NCBI GenBank assembly: GCA_963693365.1
Contig: CAVNZM010000018.1
Span: 863,861-927,860, forward strand
Reading direction: 5' to 3'
DNA length: 64,000 bases
DNA from: Amoebidium appalachense
Taxonomy: Eukaryota; Protista; Ichthyosporea
Part shown: piece after piece, positions 17,234 to 34,312 of the stretch
How the letters are laid out: each line of letters begins with the position of its first letter
Numbering within the stretch: the stretch's first letter is position 1
Program-made: the position numbers and the translations under genes
The notes under the pieces: generated by a model
The model's database searches: none
What the model was told of the DNA's origin: nothing
Seen by the model: the letters and a program-made list of their open reading frames with translations, nothing else

Positions 17234-19060
17234 CTAAGAGCCCTGCCACCGTGCCCTAAGCGCCCTCTTCACCGGTACCTTCCGGACAAATTTACCGTCA
17301 CCCTCCACAGACTTCAGCCTCGGGCACGCCACAAGTGGAAAGAAGTCCAAATCCGGTAATCCTCGAAGTATGAGGGTCCGAAGGGCAGGAAGGTCAACGA
17401 ATGGTGTGATGTTTGTCCACACACTCTCTTCGACCGAAAGGGTGATTTCGTCATCTGCCATAGTCCGATCAATCTCACAATATACCAACGAAACACACCC
17501 GGAAAAAGCGGTGATTGCTGGCAAAGGACAATGGCTCAATAGCACACTGATGACACTGGCCGGGAATTTGGGATATGCAACCCTGCGCAGTTGAACGCGC
17601 CCACAGATTTCAGGGCCCTACTCGTAGGAAGCAACACTTGGGACACATGGTGCTCATCCTCCAAATAGAGTGCCACCAGACAGTCGAGGTTGCTTAGGTC
17701 GATGTCACCATTGCGTGCCGCATGCAAGCCCAAATTCGTTGCTCTCAAGTAAATCACGGCGAGATGTCTCATTTCACGGAGGGCGATGGCGGTGTTTTCC
17801 TGCCCCATTTCCAATCTTTCGACATGCAGCATGCGCAGAGACGAAAGGAAATGTGCATGTGGTTCGACAGGAAATGCCATCGTGGTCCAGTGGGGGCCTC
17901 GCGCAGGATTGGTCCGGGTAGTGCTTCAGCTTGCCGGATTGAATGATCATTGGACGTGTGGTTGGTTGCCGTACCATTTAACATCAACATGGGTCACTAC
18001 CGTGCACACCGAAAGCGGCTCCACATCCACCATGCGTGCGCTAATCTCGACGTGCTGTAGCGCAGGCAGGGATGGGAGAACGAAATCCGGTGGTGCATTT
18101 CTGTGGCTTGCACGTGCTGATACGTCCGTGTCTACTGCGAGTCTGGTTAACGCCGTCGATCCCTCGAGGGCACTCAAACTGATAAGGTTAATCTCCAACT
18201 GTGTTTCTTACACCGGCCCGAGAGATATCGAGAGGGACCGCAGATGTGGTAGATAGGGGAACACAGCAACGCTTTGGTCCATTTCTCCCGGGGGGTTGTT
18301 GTTTGATGATGCGGACATACATGAGTGCGGTGCATGGCGCTAGAATGGAAAGATCGATTAGCGGGACACAGAGTTGTATCGATTGGAGTAGGGTAAGGCG
18401 GGGCAGGTTTTGGATGCGCATGGTCCGTGGTTTGCAGAATATGATATATTCAGACACGTGAGGGCGATGTAGGTGCTTAGCGGGCTGAGATCTATCATAT
18501 CGACAACCACAGGCACGGCCCGGGCATTCCGACTGTAGGTCCGAATGACAGTCAGGCTCTTCAACGAAGGGGCCAAATGCCCGAGAGAGGACACCACGTC
18601 ATTGATGCTGCACCCGTCAAAGTCTCCCGCAATCGAATATTCACGTAGCCCATTACACCCTGTGCCAGCCAGGGTTAAACCCAAATCCCCCATCGGTATC
18701 CACTCGTCCACCCCATGAATCTTAACTCCGTCCAGTCTCTTCATCTCCCCCAACAACCTCAGAAGGGAAAGAAGTGTTTTCTTGATCAAGGCCCGAGCAC
18801 TGCCATCGATGTCTCCGGATGACCGTTTGCCGGAAGTGTCGATTCGCTCGAGTTGTTTGCACGACCGAATAATCAGAAGTGTTCCAGCGACAGCCAGATC
18901 CGCCGGCGCCGAGTCTACGTTCCTGAAACTCCCGTATAGTTTCGATACGTCAAAGCGCACGTCAGTCACCGCACCGCCCCATGCTTGTAGGAATGCGTCA
19001 TAGTCGACCCGTGAACTATCACCCAGAGGGATACGTAGAGCGACACCACCGGCCTGAAAT
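17234..19060 (-). pseudogene. Leucine-rich-repeat protein pseudogene, intronless, with multiple frameshifts and a stop
   Basis: Successive frames give LRR units IDLSPLSTYIALTCLNI, IDLSILAPCTALMYVRI, FPYLPHLRSLSI, LSALEGSTALTRLAV, VDVEPLSVCTVVTHVDV, IDLSNLDCLVALYL and NITPFVDLPALRTLILRGLPDLDFFPLVACPRLKSV. Frame switches occur near 18425 and 18290, with an in-frame TAA near 18208. Confidence 0.7.
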
Positions 19061-19321
19061 GAACCGTGCAATAAGACAAAAATAGCGGCATGTGAGGACA
19101 GTGCTGAGTCTGTCGGTGTGGGGTAGGTGACGGATGATGCCGGCGTGGATGTGGTCTGGTAGCGAGCCGAGCAGAAAGGCTGTGTGTGTGTGTGTGTGTG
19201 TGCGTGTGTGTGTGTGTGTGTGCGCGCGTGTTCTTGTGTGTATGTGAACATGGGGGGAAGGTGAACATATATCTGGGGGGGGGAGGGGGGGGGGGAGGGG
19301 GGGAGGGAGGGGGAGATGTGT

Positions 19322-19381
<60 letters not shown>

Positions 19382-19753
19382 GTTTCTGGACATAGACACA
19401 GCTTTTAATGCCCCCCCTTCTCCCCCCTTCTCTCTCTCCTCGCCCTCCCTCCCCCCCCCCTCCCTCCCTCCCTCCCTCCCCTCCCCCCCCCCCCCCCCCC
19501 CCCCCACTCTCTTTTTGTGTGTGTATATGTGTTGTATCAGCTCACACACTCACGAAACACCCAGTAACGGGGGAGGGGGAAAGAGAAGGGGGGAGAAGGG
19601 GGGGGGGGGGGTTTGGAAGGGATGAAACGACAATGGGCGATCCCTTGTCAACTACCGCCACCGGCTTTGGCACAAACTGCACTATGCACGGACACACAAA
19701 CAGCACAAGAGGTAATTGAAAAAGTTGCAGCAAGGTGTTTTTTTTTTTTTTTT

Positions 19754-19792
<39 letters not shown>

Positions 19793-21249
19793 AGGGAGGG
19801 GGTAATGGAGATGATGTATGCATTAGAAGGTAGGAATAAGAGGATTGCCTTCTGATTAGACATCAAAAGACACTGCACAAAACATAGTAAGAATGCAAAT
19901 ACCAGAAATCAAACATTAGGGGGGGGGGGGGGGGGGAAGAATAACAGAGAAGGAGAAGAAAAAAGTGCAGGCAGAAGACACTTAAGTTGGACAGAGCCAT
20001 CAACAGGAGGGCTTCAATGCGTCCACAAACCAACAACTTTCCACTATCTAGCCTTCTACCCGTGGTTCCCAGCCCATCCTTGGTTTCAACCACCATAGGC
20101 GAGTTAACCCATCATAGACGTGCAGGGTCGTCAGAGGCAGCAACCTCCAAAAACCTCCCGAAACACATGAAAGCAGACAATAACTGACAATAACAAAGAG
20201 TGGCCCTAAGCAGAAAAGTAAATATCGGCTCTAGAAAGCTCACCAACTCCTTAATCTATTAGACAGAGTGAGAGGTGGGGGGGGCGAGGGGGGAGAGGTA
20301 TGGTGTGTGTATGTGTGTGAGTGCATGAGGGAGGGAGGGGGAGGGGGAGAGGGGGGGGGAGGGGGCGGGGGGGTGGGGGGGGGGGGAGGGGGGGCACATG
20401 GGGACTGGGGGGAAACAACCAGAGGGAGAATTGATAGAAAGCAGACCAATAAGACTGGTAGAAGGGGGGGAGGGGGGGGAAGGGGGGGCCGGGGGAGGGG
20501 GAGGGGGGAGGGGGGGGCAAGGGAAAACAAACAGAAGAGGGGGGGGAAGGGGGGGGGGGGGGGGGGCGGCGGGGGGAGGGGAGGAGGGGGGGGGGGGGGG
20601 AGGAGGAGGAGGCAAGCGGTTTAAGGATAACATGGCAATTTATGCAAACGAAGTGAAGAGGATTCAGGGAAACCCAGACAGAAGTTAAACGTTATGGTAG
20701 TAACTGGTAGCTGCAAGATCTACTGTGTAGGTGTGTGTGAATGTGTATAAATCGGTTGTGCGTGTGTTGCCTTCTCGTGTTGGTTTAGACAGTGTGTATG
20801 GTCTACGTGTGCAAGGCTTCAGTCTAAAATTGTGCAACCAAAAACGAGCAAGAATGGAGTGTGTCACAGAGTTCGACGGAAGGCTAGACCCCACAAATTC
20901 TACACAACATGGAACATGATGATCGTTCCAGAACTTAATACAAAAAAAGGGAACATAATTCTACACTTTGCCCTCAAGCCCTCCCAAGCACCAACCCACG
21001 CACCTTTCTGTGGGTCGTCTGGCAGCAGTGGCGGCAGCTGCCTTCTGTCTTTCTGCACCAGTCCATGTTGTACTCTCAACGAAACTAGCACCCGGCGTGG
21101 GTGTAGAGTCGGACAGAGGGCAGCGTAACAGCATAAGCGAGGGGTTCAGCGTCTTAATTGAGAAATGTTGTTTGATTCATAACAGACCCAAATAAACCTA
21201 TCTCTAGTGTGTGTGCGTGATATGTAATGTAAGTGCACTTACGGTGCTT

Positions 21250-21475
<226 letters not shown>

Positions 21476-21929
21476 CTACCCTAACGAAGGAAACAGTGTC
21501 CCGAACACGTACTGGCCAAGGACACCCCTTCATCTATCCTCGCAACTGGACTGGGAGGGTCGGGAAATCAAGAAGCGGAAGAAGGTAAACGGCCAGCTAG
21601 CTAAGGCAACTAACTATCTTATGCGCTTTTGCATTAGCACCACCGAAACGTAGTTCAACCAACTAATTATTAACTACACAAACCACTTTTCCATCTGCTG
21701 TCACACGAACGCTAACCCCAATGTAATTTGATTCACATTCAATGTGAATCAATCTTATATCCCGGGAATTTTGGAAAATCGGTCAATTAGGGTGATTCAC
21801 ATTAAATGTGAATCAAAACCCCCCTTCAAAAAACAGAGTTTTTTTCCGTATAAAAGACCCGGTGGGGTCGAAACTTTGCAAGAGCGAAGTAAACATGTAT
21901 GGTTTTCAAAGCCTCGCGGCTGGGTGTAG

Positions 21930-22697
21930 GTTGTATATGGGCTTTGCGGCGCAGCGAGGGCGTGCTGGCACACAAAGTTGGATATCGACAATCCATAGAA
22001 TGACCAATCCTTGCAATCGACTGATTGATGTAAGTGTGCTGCCTTGCAATATGTTACCTCATAATGAGCTTCTGAACAGCGTTTCATCATTGAGTAAAGA
22101 TGAAGGTCGACCAGTTTCAATGCTTTACACCCCTCGAAGACTGAAAACCAATGGTTGTTACACAAAGGAAAACCATATATGGTGTTTAGACGTAGCCTTT
22201 TTTGGCTCTTGTAAACAAAGCAACGCACCGTGGCCCCTTGAGAGAGCTGCACGTAGATCATCTTCCCATACCCGTGATTGAATTGCACCGTTATATCGTC
22301 ACTTCTCCTTGATATATACCAGTAGTTGGTGTCTCTTACAATGCACACAAAGAATGGACGGGGGCATGGAGCTTGGTGATGGCAGTGGTGCGGGGTTCGA
22401 AGCAGGGGCACTTGACTCGGATTTCTTTGACAATATTTTTTCCCACGATAGCACACAGAGTGATGCAGAAGACAGTGAGGCTACAGAGGATACCGCTCTC
22501 TCAGGGAAATGGCGTATTTTTGACTCCAAGCAAGTAGACATAACACTCAAAGCAGACGATATTGAAAACAGGCTCCTATAGACACGTTCAGGCGCAAGTC
22601 CAGATATCCAAACGCCAAATCCTGCTTCGATATATGGCACACGAACAAGGATATCAAAACACCTGAATACTGGGCAGCCTCGAGCCTCAGTAGACAC
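21930..22697 (-). pseudogene. Intronless coding-like fragments, possibly LRR-related
   Basis: Overlapping ORFs 22697-22299 and 22456-21797 in non-repetitive DNA. VFEGCKALKLVDL resembles one LRR unit. Confidence 0.25.
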
Positions 22698-22832
22698 GGT
22701 GGTCGCAGTGTGAAATGATTGGTTAAGTTAGAGTCACGTCACTTGCAGGCTTTGCTGTTGCCAAAGAGTTCTTCTTGTGTTTTTCCTTCACCTTACACCC
22801 CCCCCCCCCCCCCCCCCCCCTTTCTTTTTTTG

Positions 22833-22944
<112 letters not shown>

Positions 22945-22970
22945 TGGTGGTGTATGATGGTGGTGGTGGT

Positions 22971-23004
<34 letters not shown>

Positions 23005-23584
23005 GGGGAGGGCTCGGGAGGAGGGGGGGGGGGGGGGGGGGGGGATTACCTATGATATCCCAGTTAACCGTTAGAGGGACTGATGTAATTTCAAGTGTAA
23101 GACACTTAATAGTTCAAATTTCGTGGTCTTCTACTACTGTAAATATATTCTTTTGTTGCTAAGATCAGAGTGTACCAGTATCACAGTTATTTTTCGGAAC
23201 ATTATGTAAAACTTTGTTTAGGCATTTAGAAGGAGCTTCAAGCTGAGTTACTGTATCATTGAATAAAATTTTCGTTTGAACGTGAAATTGCAAGTGTACG
23301 CAAACCTGCATGTCCGACCATTTATTATGGCAATCTACAAATTTGGACACTTGTTCACTATATAATACATGGGAAAGAACAAGCAAAACATGCAGCCAGC
23401 CTGGCTGAGTATGTGCGTACGTTTGCCCCCCCCCTCTCCCCCTCCCCCCCTCCCCTCCCCCCCCCCCCCCCTCCCCTCTCCTCCTCCTCCCTCCCTCTCT
23501 CTAATAACAACAACAACATCCACCTGACCACACACACACGCACACGCGCTACTGCCATCACCCAACCGTGACAGTAACCACCGA

Positions 23585-24800
<1,216 letters not shown>

Positions 24801-26559
24801 CTACAGACACGCTATTCATTTGGCAGGCACTATGACATGCCGGCATTAAAAGCCCTCGCACGCTGCACGTGTCACTTAGTCACTAATTAGTATGATATGT
24901 CGGATCACGTGGCCCCCGGCTGGCGCGGCCGCGACCATGTATGTGAGTCGCGACTCGAAGTCGCGAATTGATTCACATTGTTTTCAGATTGATTCACATT
25001 GTTTGGAGCTCGCACCACCTCTCGAACGTCTCTAAGTAACATGAAAAATATAGACATAAACACCCCCAAAAAATTATATGGGCGTTTTTTTGACTACCAA
25101 AACTAAGTTTTTGCTTAAGTAACATGTGTTTTTTGACCACAGGGTAGAAATTGAGAAGCGCCACAAAATTGGTTCACATTGAATGTGAATCATCCGGGTA
25201 CAGTGGGGCTAAAACGAAAACCAAAAACTGAATCCAAAACGACATGTCTCCGTATAAATTTTATACTTTTATAAATTATAAATTAAATAAATAAATTATA
25301 AATTTCCCACGAAGGCACATGGAATTTGGAGCCATACACAAGAAGCCAATCAAATACTATACTTTCTGACAAAGACAAGAACATCCAATCATAACCAAAG
25401 AACAGTCCTTCAATTAACCCTATATGGAAATAAAGCATTCTACATGACAATACACCCAGGGGTTGAATTACGACTCAAAGTCGTCGTATTTACGATTAAG
25501 CCAAGGGGGTCAAAACGAGTAACGCTGTGAGATGCTGTATTGTTTTTCGTAGCAGTAGAATAGGTCACAGTAGTGTATTTTGGAGTGTTTTTATACAAAA
25601 GTGGGTGTTTTCTAAGGTAAAAGGTGCTCAGGTGGTTATTTTGGCACTCAAGGGCGGAATATGAAGCCCTGTTTTGTCTATCGGGGTGTGTAATCGCTAA
25701 AGGAGTGTAAAATTATCTAAAATGGGTGTCAAATTTACTAATAAAAGGGGTCTAGACGAGTCGTAAACGCTTACGTTTAGCCAATTTTGGAAGAGCCACT
25801 GGCCTGAGAGCCTATTGAATGTGTATACCAATCAAATGCGTTAATTCCGTCTTAATGCATACCAGTCTGTAAACAAACAGCCTTCAACCTTTGAAATCCT
25901 TTGAAAACGCGCAAGTTGAAAAAACACGTGTGTACACACAGCGATCTGCCACCGCCACTGTATATTAGATGTGCATACGCATTTCTCTTTCCCCGGGGGG
26001 GCACCTCACACCACATCACCACAGACACAGTTTGTTCACAGGAGTCGCCTTCGCCTCAGACACGCATGCCGCAGCATGCCACTCAATCATGTCAAGCCAG
26101 CAAACGACCTCTGCGTTCTCAGGCTCACTTGCAGTCAGCTACCTCCCAATCCTCCTCTTCTCTCTCTCCCCCCCTCCCCCTTCCCCCCCTCCTCCTCTCC
26201 GTCTCTTTCTCTCTCTCCCTCCGGGACAGTCTCCGAGTCATCCTGCCTTGCGCTTCATGCACTGGACGCATAGGCAAACTAAGAAGTAATAGCCGAGGCA
26301 CAACCCCCGCACCAAGTCACAGGTCGGACGTAGACACGCGGACAGGAACGTGTACCGGGGTGAACGAACGGGTACACACGTAGTCGTGAGTCCGTACGTG
26401 CACACATAGGCTTACGTGTACACACGCACACACACGGGCGCATGTACAGTGTGCATAGTATTACTGTACACACACGCGCATTAACAAACCATTGAACACA
26501 CGTACACATGCACACCTGCACACTGATATCAACACACGTGACACGCGCACACAAATCAA

Positions 26560-27698
<1,139 letters not shown>

Positions 27699-27799
27699 TA
27701 TCGAGCAAAAATAACGACCACACCCAACCCCAACCACCTCCCATCAGGCTCTACCGCATTTCAAGTTCTGCTGGCACACTTGCGCGTGCACTAACAATT

Positions 27800-28064
27800 C
27801 TCCCATGTATTTGTGTCTGAGAAGCTTAACTCTTAGATGCCATCAAATGAAGTAGCAGATCTCTCCTGTTTATGGTTCATTGCATTCGGTCCATTGCCAT
27901 TCTTGTGTCATGTGTGTGGGTTAGGTGTCGCAAAGTACCCATGCAGCTTGCAGCGTTTTGGACATGCGATTGACAGGAAGCGCATTGCATACAAGTAGTA
28001 GTAGCCTAGAAGGGGGCCTGAGTGCTGGGCATTGAATTTTTTGGGTTAATGCCAGGACCCCAAG
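27800..28064 (+). repeat. Left arm of a ~280-bp diverged inverted repeat
   Basis: Reverse complement of 30283-30582, e.g. cttagatgccatcaaatgaagtagcag vs ctgctacttcatttgaaggcatctaag, and tgcagcttgcagcgttttgga vs tccaaaacgctgcaagctgca. Confidence 0.85.
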
Positions 28065-28246
28065 TATAGCTACAACAGCACCATGGGGTAGTGCCGATAC
28101 ACACACACACGGCTCGTGCTGCTTTTTACTCCCCCTTTTAGCCATGCATGCACGTCTAATGTGTTCTTTATTCCCACCACACATGTACACATCTGTGACA
28201 TACACACATGCACACGCACGCGCACACACACACACACACACCCACA

Positions 28247-28364
<118 letters not shown>

Positions 28365-28938
28365 AAAATAAAAAAATAAAAAAAAATAAAAAAAAACTCG
28401 GAAAGAAAACTCTAGTCACACTGAAGGTTTAACAAAAGACATGCAGACGCAAACATGAGATGTGAAGATAGGATGACTGTCCATTTGTGTGCATGGTTAG
28501 CACCAGCACACAACCGACCTCTCCACACACACACCCTTGCTGCAGCTCCGCTGTTCCCATCTATCTCGAAAGTCCTTTCTGATTTCATGCGCAAACATCC
28601 GATGATGTGTAACATCACCTCCCCCCCTTTCTACACACACTCACGTACTCATCCACGTGGCACAGAAAGTCTCCCACGCGTGTGGGCACACCCCTTACCA
28701 CCCCCACCCCCACCATTACGTCTACATCACTGAACATGCTAGCCTTCTTCCTGTCTCCTATTCTTCCTCCCTTTTATTAAAGGAACGAATAGCATGACCG
28801 CTCCTTACCGTGTTTTCTCCTGTATCCTCAGTGATAACACTCAGGCCACCACCATCACGTGATCATCGTGACCCATATGCTTCTTCTCTCTGCTTTCTCA
28901 AAGCTAGAATGCAGCATTCGCACAACCTAACCCCCCAG

Positions 28939-28972
<34 letters not shown>

Positions 28973-29481
28973 ACTCCCCCTAGGCCATCCCTTCCTTTCC
29001 CCCGCCCCCTCCAGCCTCCCCACCCTACCAAAAAACCTTTATGTACGGCACTGAATGCAAAATCTACCCGGATGGTGGTCCTTGGTTGTTATTGTGTGCA
29101 TGACGGATTATGCTTAGGCACTGCATTTCCAATAAGCCAATACGGCCTTATCTTACCAAAGGTGGAGAGGGATATTGTTCCATCGTACCTACCTTTAGAA
29201 GGATAATGGTACTACCTAAATTTAGAAGAGGATATCCACTAACTAATATTAGAAATACGTATTGGTACTACTAAAATAAGGACTTTACTAAGCATACAGA
29301 ATAAAATGGAAATGGCCACGAATTCACGACTGCAGTGACGTCACACCATGTTTCGTGTTTTGTCCCTCATACTGTCCATCGTATTCTGGACCCCCCCCCC
29401 CCCCCCCTCCCCTCTCCTTGTCGCTACCATCACTGTGACTACCTCACGCACTCGCACACATGCACACACACACAGACACAA

Positions 29482-29529
<48 letters not shown>

Positions 29530-29828
29530 AATGCACGCACGCACACACGCACGCGTGCACACATGCATGCACGGACGCACGCACGAACGCACACACACAC
29601 AAATACCACCTATCCCCTCGAGCTGCCCCCCTCCCCCCTCCCCCTCCCTCCCCTTCACCCCCCCCCCCTCCCCCCTCCCCCCTCCCCCCGCCCTCCCCCC
29701 CCTCGCACCCCACCCACACATAAAATATACCCCGCGTACACACTCACATAACAATCCCTTCCCCAGACAACCACGCCCATCCGAGCCCTGAGTGTACACC
29801 TTACATAAGTGCGTGCACGCCCCCACGC

Positions 29829-29938
<110 letters not shown>

Positions 29939-30282
29939 TACACACACAAACACACACACCCACCACGGTGCCAGCAGAACAAAGGCATACGGGGACAAAT
30001 TTAAAGTAAATCCTTATGATGTATTCCATCGTGCTGCAGAGTGGATGCCATGATATATGGGCCAGCGGCACCATCAGCTGACGCACATCCACCATCTCGA
30101 ACCGCAACAACACCAAAGCAAATCCAGCAGCCGGCATGATTGAGGATTTCTGTTTAATTACCACCAATACTCCGTACTTGGGTGAATAACATGCATGACT
30201 GTATGTTTTTATGGCACGTAATCTCCCCTTGGTAGCATCCATGATGCAGGGAAGACGGTGACAACTTATGCCCAAAAGGCGT

Positions 30283-30582
30283 CTTGGGGTCCTAGCATTA
30301 ACCAAAAAAACCAATGCCCAGCACCCTGGGCCTCCTTCCAGCTACTTTGTACTTGCATGCAGTGCGCATCTTGTCGATCGCATATCCAAAACGCTGCAAG
30401 CTGCACGTTCGGGTAATTATCGACACCTGCCCACACGCATGACACAAAATGGCAATGGACCGAATAAAAATGCAAATAGCCATTGAGAGGAGGGAACTGC
30501 TACTTCATTTGAAGGCATCTAAGAAATAAGCTTCTCAAACACAAACACACACGAATCATCTCAAATACAAATACATGGGGAG
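30283..30582 (-). repeat. Right arm of a ~280-bp diverged inverted repeat
   Basis: Colinear reverse-complement match to 27800-28064, with one ~24-bp insertion near its outer end. Confidence 0.85.
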
Positions 30583-31286
30583 CTTTGGGCCCAGCCATTA
30601 CAAACCGATGTTGGCGCCACCACACCTTAGCACCATCCTTTAGTCCTTAATATCTCACCGTGGCAGCAGCTAAATAAAACGAGTAGAGTGCCTAAGAGCA
30701 GTGCTGCATGTCACCTGGGCGTGGCACACAATGGCACATGTGGCGCTTGATGGCCCTAAGCCACCCATTTACATGGCGATCTGCCTTCAACGGTGCCGTT
30801 TTTCCTCACAGGCAATCACCCTCATTATAACCTCGAAATCCCCAAAACCAACCACCGACACTGGCAGGTCCTTATTCTTCTCCTCGACTCAAAGCCTGGC
30901 AGAAACATGGCCTATCGGCGCCCTAGGCCTGGGATAGTAATTCAATCACTGGTTGCCTTGTGAGAAATGACTGCAGGACACACTGTACAATGCGCCCGGT
31001 GAGCTGCTGAGAGCAGCATAAGCCGTACATCGTGGCCAAAATAGGGCACACCTCCCAAGTGCACGTGACAAGAGGGGTGGCTTGCAGTGACGTCATGTGA
31101 CAGCATGCCAGCAGCCCCACATACCTGCACCCAACACACACCATCTATCTGTTGGGCCACACCTGCCACCAGTGGAAAAACATCTTAGAACTGTCCTAGT
31201 GTCCTTATCTTCGATTTTTTCGTGGCTAGTGTACATGTTTTGTTGTGGTTCTGTGTTTTTCCTTTGCTTCTGTCTCAGCAAGGAAC

Positions 31287-31853
31287 ATGTCTCTTGACGA
31301 GCAGCTAGAGATCACCACCATGGGCATGCATGCCCTTGTTGCCCGCCTGAGGGAGGAGAAACGTGCTTTGGAGGAGGAAAAGAAGCAGTGGGCCAACGTG
31401 GAGCCCAAACTCGACACCAGCAACCTGGCCGACCCCATCACCCTCAACGTGGGGGGCACCCACTTTGCCCTCACCCTCAAGGACCTGACAACCAAGCCGG
31501 GCTCGTATTTTGCTTCCATGTTTTCGGGCCGGTGGGACGTTAAGCAAGACAAGACCGGAGCATATTTCATCAACAGGTGCCCTACCGTGTTTCACTATGT
31601 GGCCAACCATCTGAGGGGGGTGGGGCTGAGGGTGGACCTGCTCACAGACGTGGAGCTAGTTATGTTGAAAGCAGACGCAGACTTCTACCGCCTGGACGCC
31701 CTGGCAGAGACACTAAGTGCACTCAGTGGCACCGCAGCAGCGGCCTGCACGTGTGGCCGTGACCCAGACATAGCCCCTAAGGGTATGCTTTGGCCATCCG
31801 CGCAGCCGCAGGCAGTACTTTCGCCGTACCCGGGGTTTGCACTGCTCGAGTAG
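31287..31853 (+). CDS. BTB/POZ (KCTD / K+ channel tetramerisation-type) domain protein with N-terminal coiled coil
   Basis: PITLNVGGTHF..LTTKPGSYFASMFSGRW..GAYFINRCPTVFHYVANHLR..ADFYRL. The ATG follows an acceptor-like pyrimidine tract plus CAG at 31278. Confidence 0.88.
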   Translation: MSLDEQLEITTMGMHALVARLREEKRALEEEKKQWANVEPKLDTSNLADPITLNVGGTHFALTLKDLTTKPGSYFASMFSGRWDVKQDKTGAYFINRCPTVFHYVANHLRGVGLRVDLLTDVELVMLKADADFYRLDALAETLSALSGTAAAACTCGRDPDIAPKGMLWPSAQPQAVLSPYPGFALLE

Positions 31854-32454
31854 CAAGGGACTGGGGGCGAGACTGCTGTGGTGAGCAGGCAAGCAGGCAG
31901 GCATGCAACGGCACACACACTGTGCGCATGCACGCACGCATAGGGCACACACAGTGTGACACGCATACAGATACAAACAATGGGTTGGATACAGATGCGA
32001 GTGTATGTGCACCCATACACGCATGACGGTCGACGGCACCGCCAAATGTGTACCATCGCTCAAGTACTATGACATTTGTGTTCATCGCATCCCCCACAAG
32101 CACATTCTTGTCCGTGAGATTTCAGAACCAAGTGCGTGGCACCGCACAGCTGCTGGTGTTAGGTGCTCTTGTCCGACCTGCTACTCTAAAATATTGCCTG
32201 CTATGTACAGTCTCATGATGTGTACATGTTTGCCTCATTTAACTATTTGTTCAAAATTTATGCATCGTTGTAAGCCAAGACGACTCGCCCAGGTGCGAGT
32301 GTTGGTTCGCCAGCCTGCTGGCATAATATCAGGGCCAACCAACTTGTCTTACCTATGGTAGGCAGCGAAGACGTCTGTATTTGTGGCCTACATCTGGTAA
32401 AGCATCTGATAGGCAGCCAAAGTGTGTTCTTTTGCGTTGGGATAGCCAGATAAA

Positions 32455-32759
<305 letters not shown>

Positions 32760-32909
32760 GTACGCCCACCATGCGCGTATGCACTGCCAACACACGCCCG
32801 GGCGGACCCGCACATACAACCCCAACCCTTGTGGTTCACCGTCTTCACGGTACTGGTGTTCGGCCGAGCCAGCCAGCGCTCTCCCTAGACTTGGTGCGGT
32901 GGTGCGTAC

Positions 32910-32992
32910 TGGGCCAATCAATGCGCTGTAACACGTTGGGTGTAGGGGGACAAGAAGGCGCTGATTGGTGCGTTTGTGTTTTGGCGCCAAAT
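32910..32992 (+). promoter_or_regulatory. Putative promoter: opposed CCAAT boxes plus palindromic E2F-like site
   Basis: CCAATCA at ~32915, TGATTGG at ~32962 and TTTGGCGCCAAA at ~32980. Confidence 0.45.
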
Positions 32993-33308
32993 ACACCAAA
33001 TATCAGACTCCGCCGGGCCGGCCCCCGCCGGCTGGCACAGTCACTGTCACAGCGCCACTTTGGCCTGTGGGTGATAGTAGCTTCAGCCAGAACCAACCAA
33101 GCAGATGAGCAGCATACTCTAGCCTTCGCATGTTTTGTGCTTTGCCCACTCATTTGAAGTTTTGATGTTAGCAGTCCTCCTCACGATCGCCACCGGAGAT
33201 CTTGAAGTGCAGCAGCCTGTTTGGGCCTGCCCCTTCACCCTTCAACATGGCGCATACCCTCTCCACTAGCCACTACCCCTGGCTGACCTCCACCCCCCCC
33301 GCCCCCAG

Positions 33309-34279
33309 CAAGACACGCAGCAGACCGCAAGCCCGTGCACCACGGCCAGCCCTGCAGCCAGCCCCAACGTGCTCTCTAGCCACGACCACCCACCCAGCCA
33401 GCAGCAACCCGCCCCACAGTGGGTGCCTTCCCGACGGCTGTTTGGGCACGAGGCAGACAGCCAGCAGCTGGCCCTGGGCCCACCCACCAGCCAGCTGCCT
33501 CCCTGGGGGGCAGAGTCACAGCAGCAACACACGGCTGGGTTTAGTGACACAGAGGGCAAGGCAGGCACGGCAGGGCAGCAGGCAGCAAGCACTGCACCAG
33601 CACAGGCAGCCAAGAAAAAGAAACCGTTCGTGTGCTCGCTGTGCCAGCAGCCAGGCCACAACAGGGGCAAGTGTCCCTACAGCAAGGCCCTATCTGGCAT
33701 GATAGCGCGCGACCAGGGTGCAGGCCAGGAGGGGCAGCCAGCACTGCACACAGCTGCAGGCCAAGCCACACAGCCAGCCAAAGAGACCCAACTGCCACTT
33801 GCTGTTGTGCCCATGGCCACAGGCCAGGCCACCAGCACGGAGCAGACCAGCACAGGCAGGCAGCAGCACGGCCAAGCAGTGGGCAGCTGGGCGGCATACA
33901 CACAGGGGGGCTGGGGGATGGCTGACACGTGGACCAGCAACGAGGGCCTGGGCAGGTTCCTGGCCACAGCCTTGCTCGGTGCGTAGCCTGCTTGGTGCAT
34001 GCAAAGTGGCCGGTGGTTGACGGTAGTACAGTCTGGTTGGTGGTAGCAGTAGAATTTGGTTGTTTCGTGGCTGTGCATGTACCCGAGGTGTCCAGTTGCT
34101 AGCCTGTGTGACTACTACTACCATATTGCAAGGATCTCGTTGCATGTGCTGTTAGTCAAACCGACTTTTTACGTGCTTGGCTGATGTGTGATGGATGCCG
34201 GGGATATATTCGTGTATTTAAAAAAAACATTAGTTTACACGTACATGTAGCACACACAGGCAGACACGATCTGCGCACG

Positions 34280-34312
<33 letters not shown>

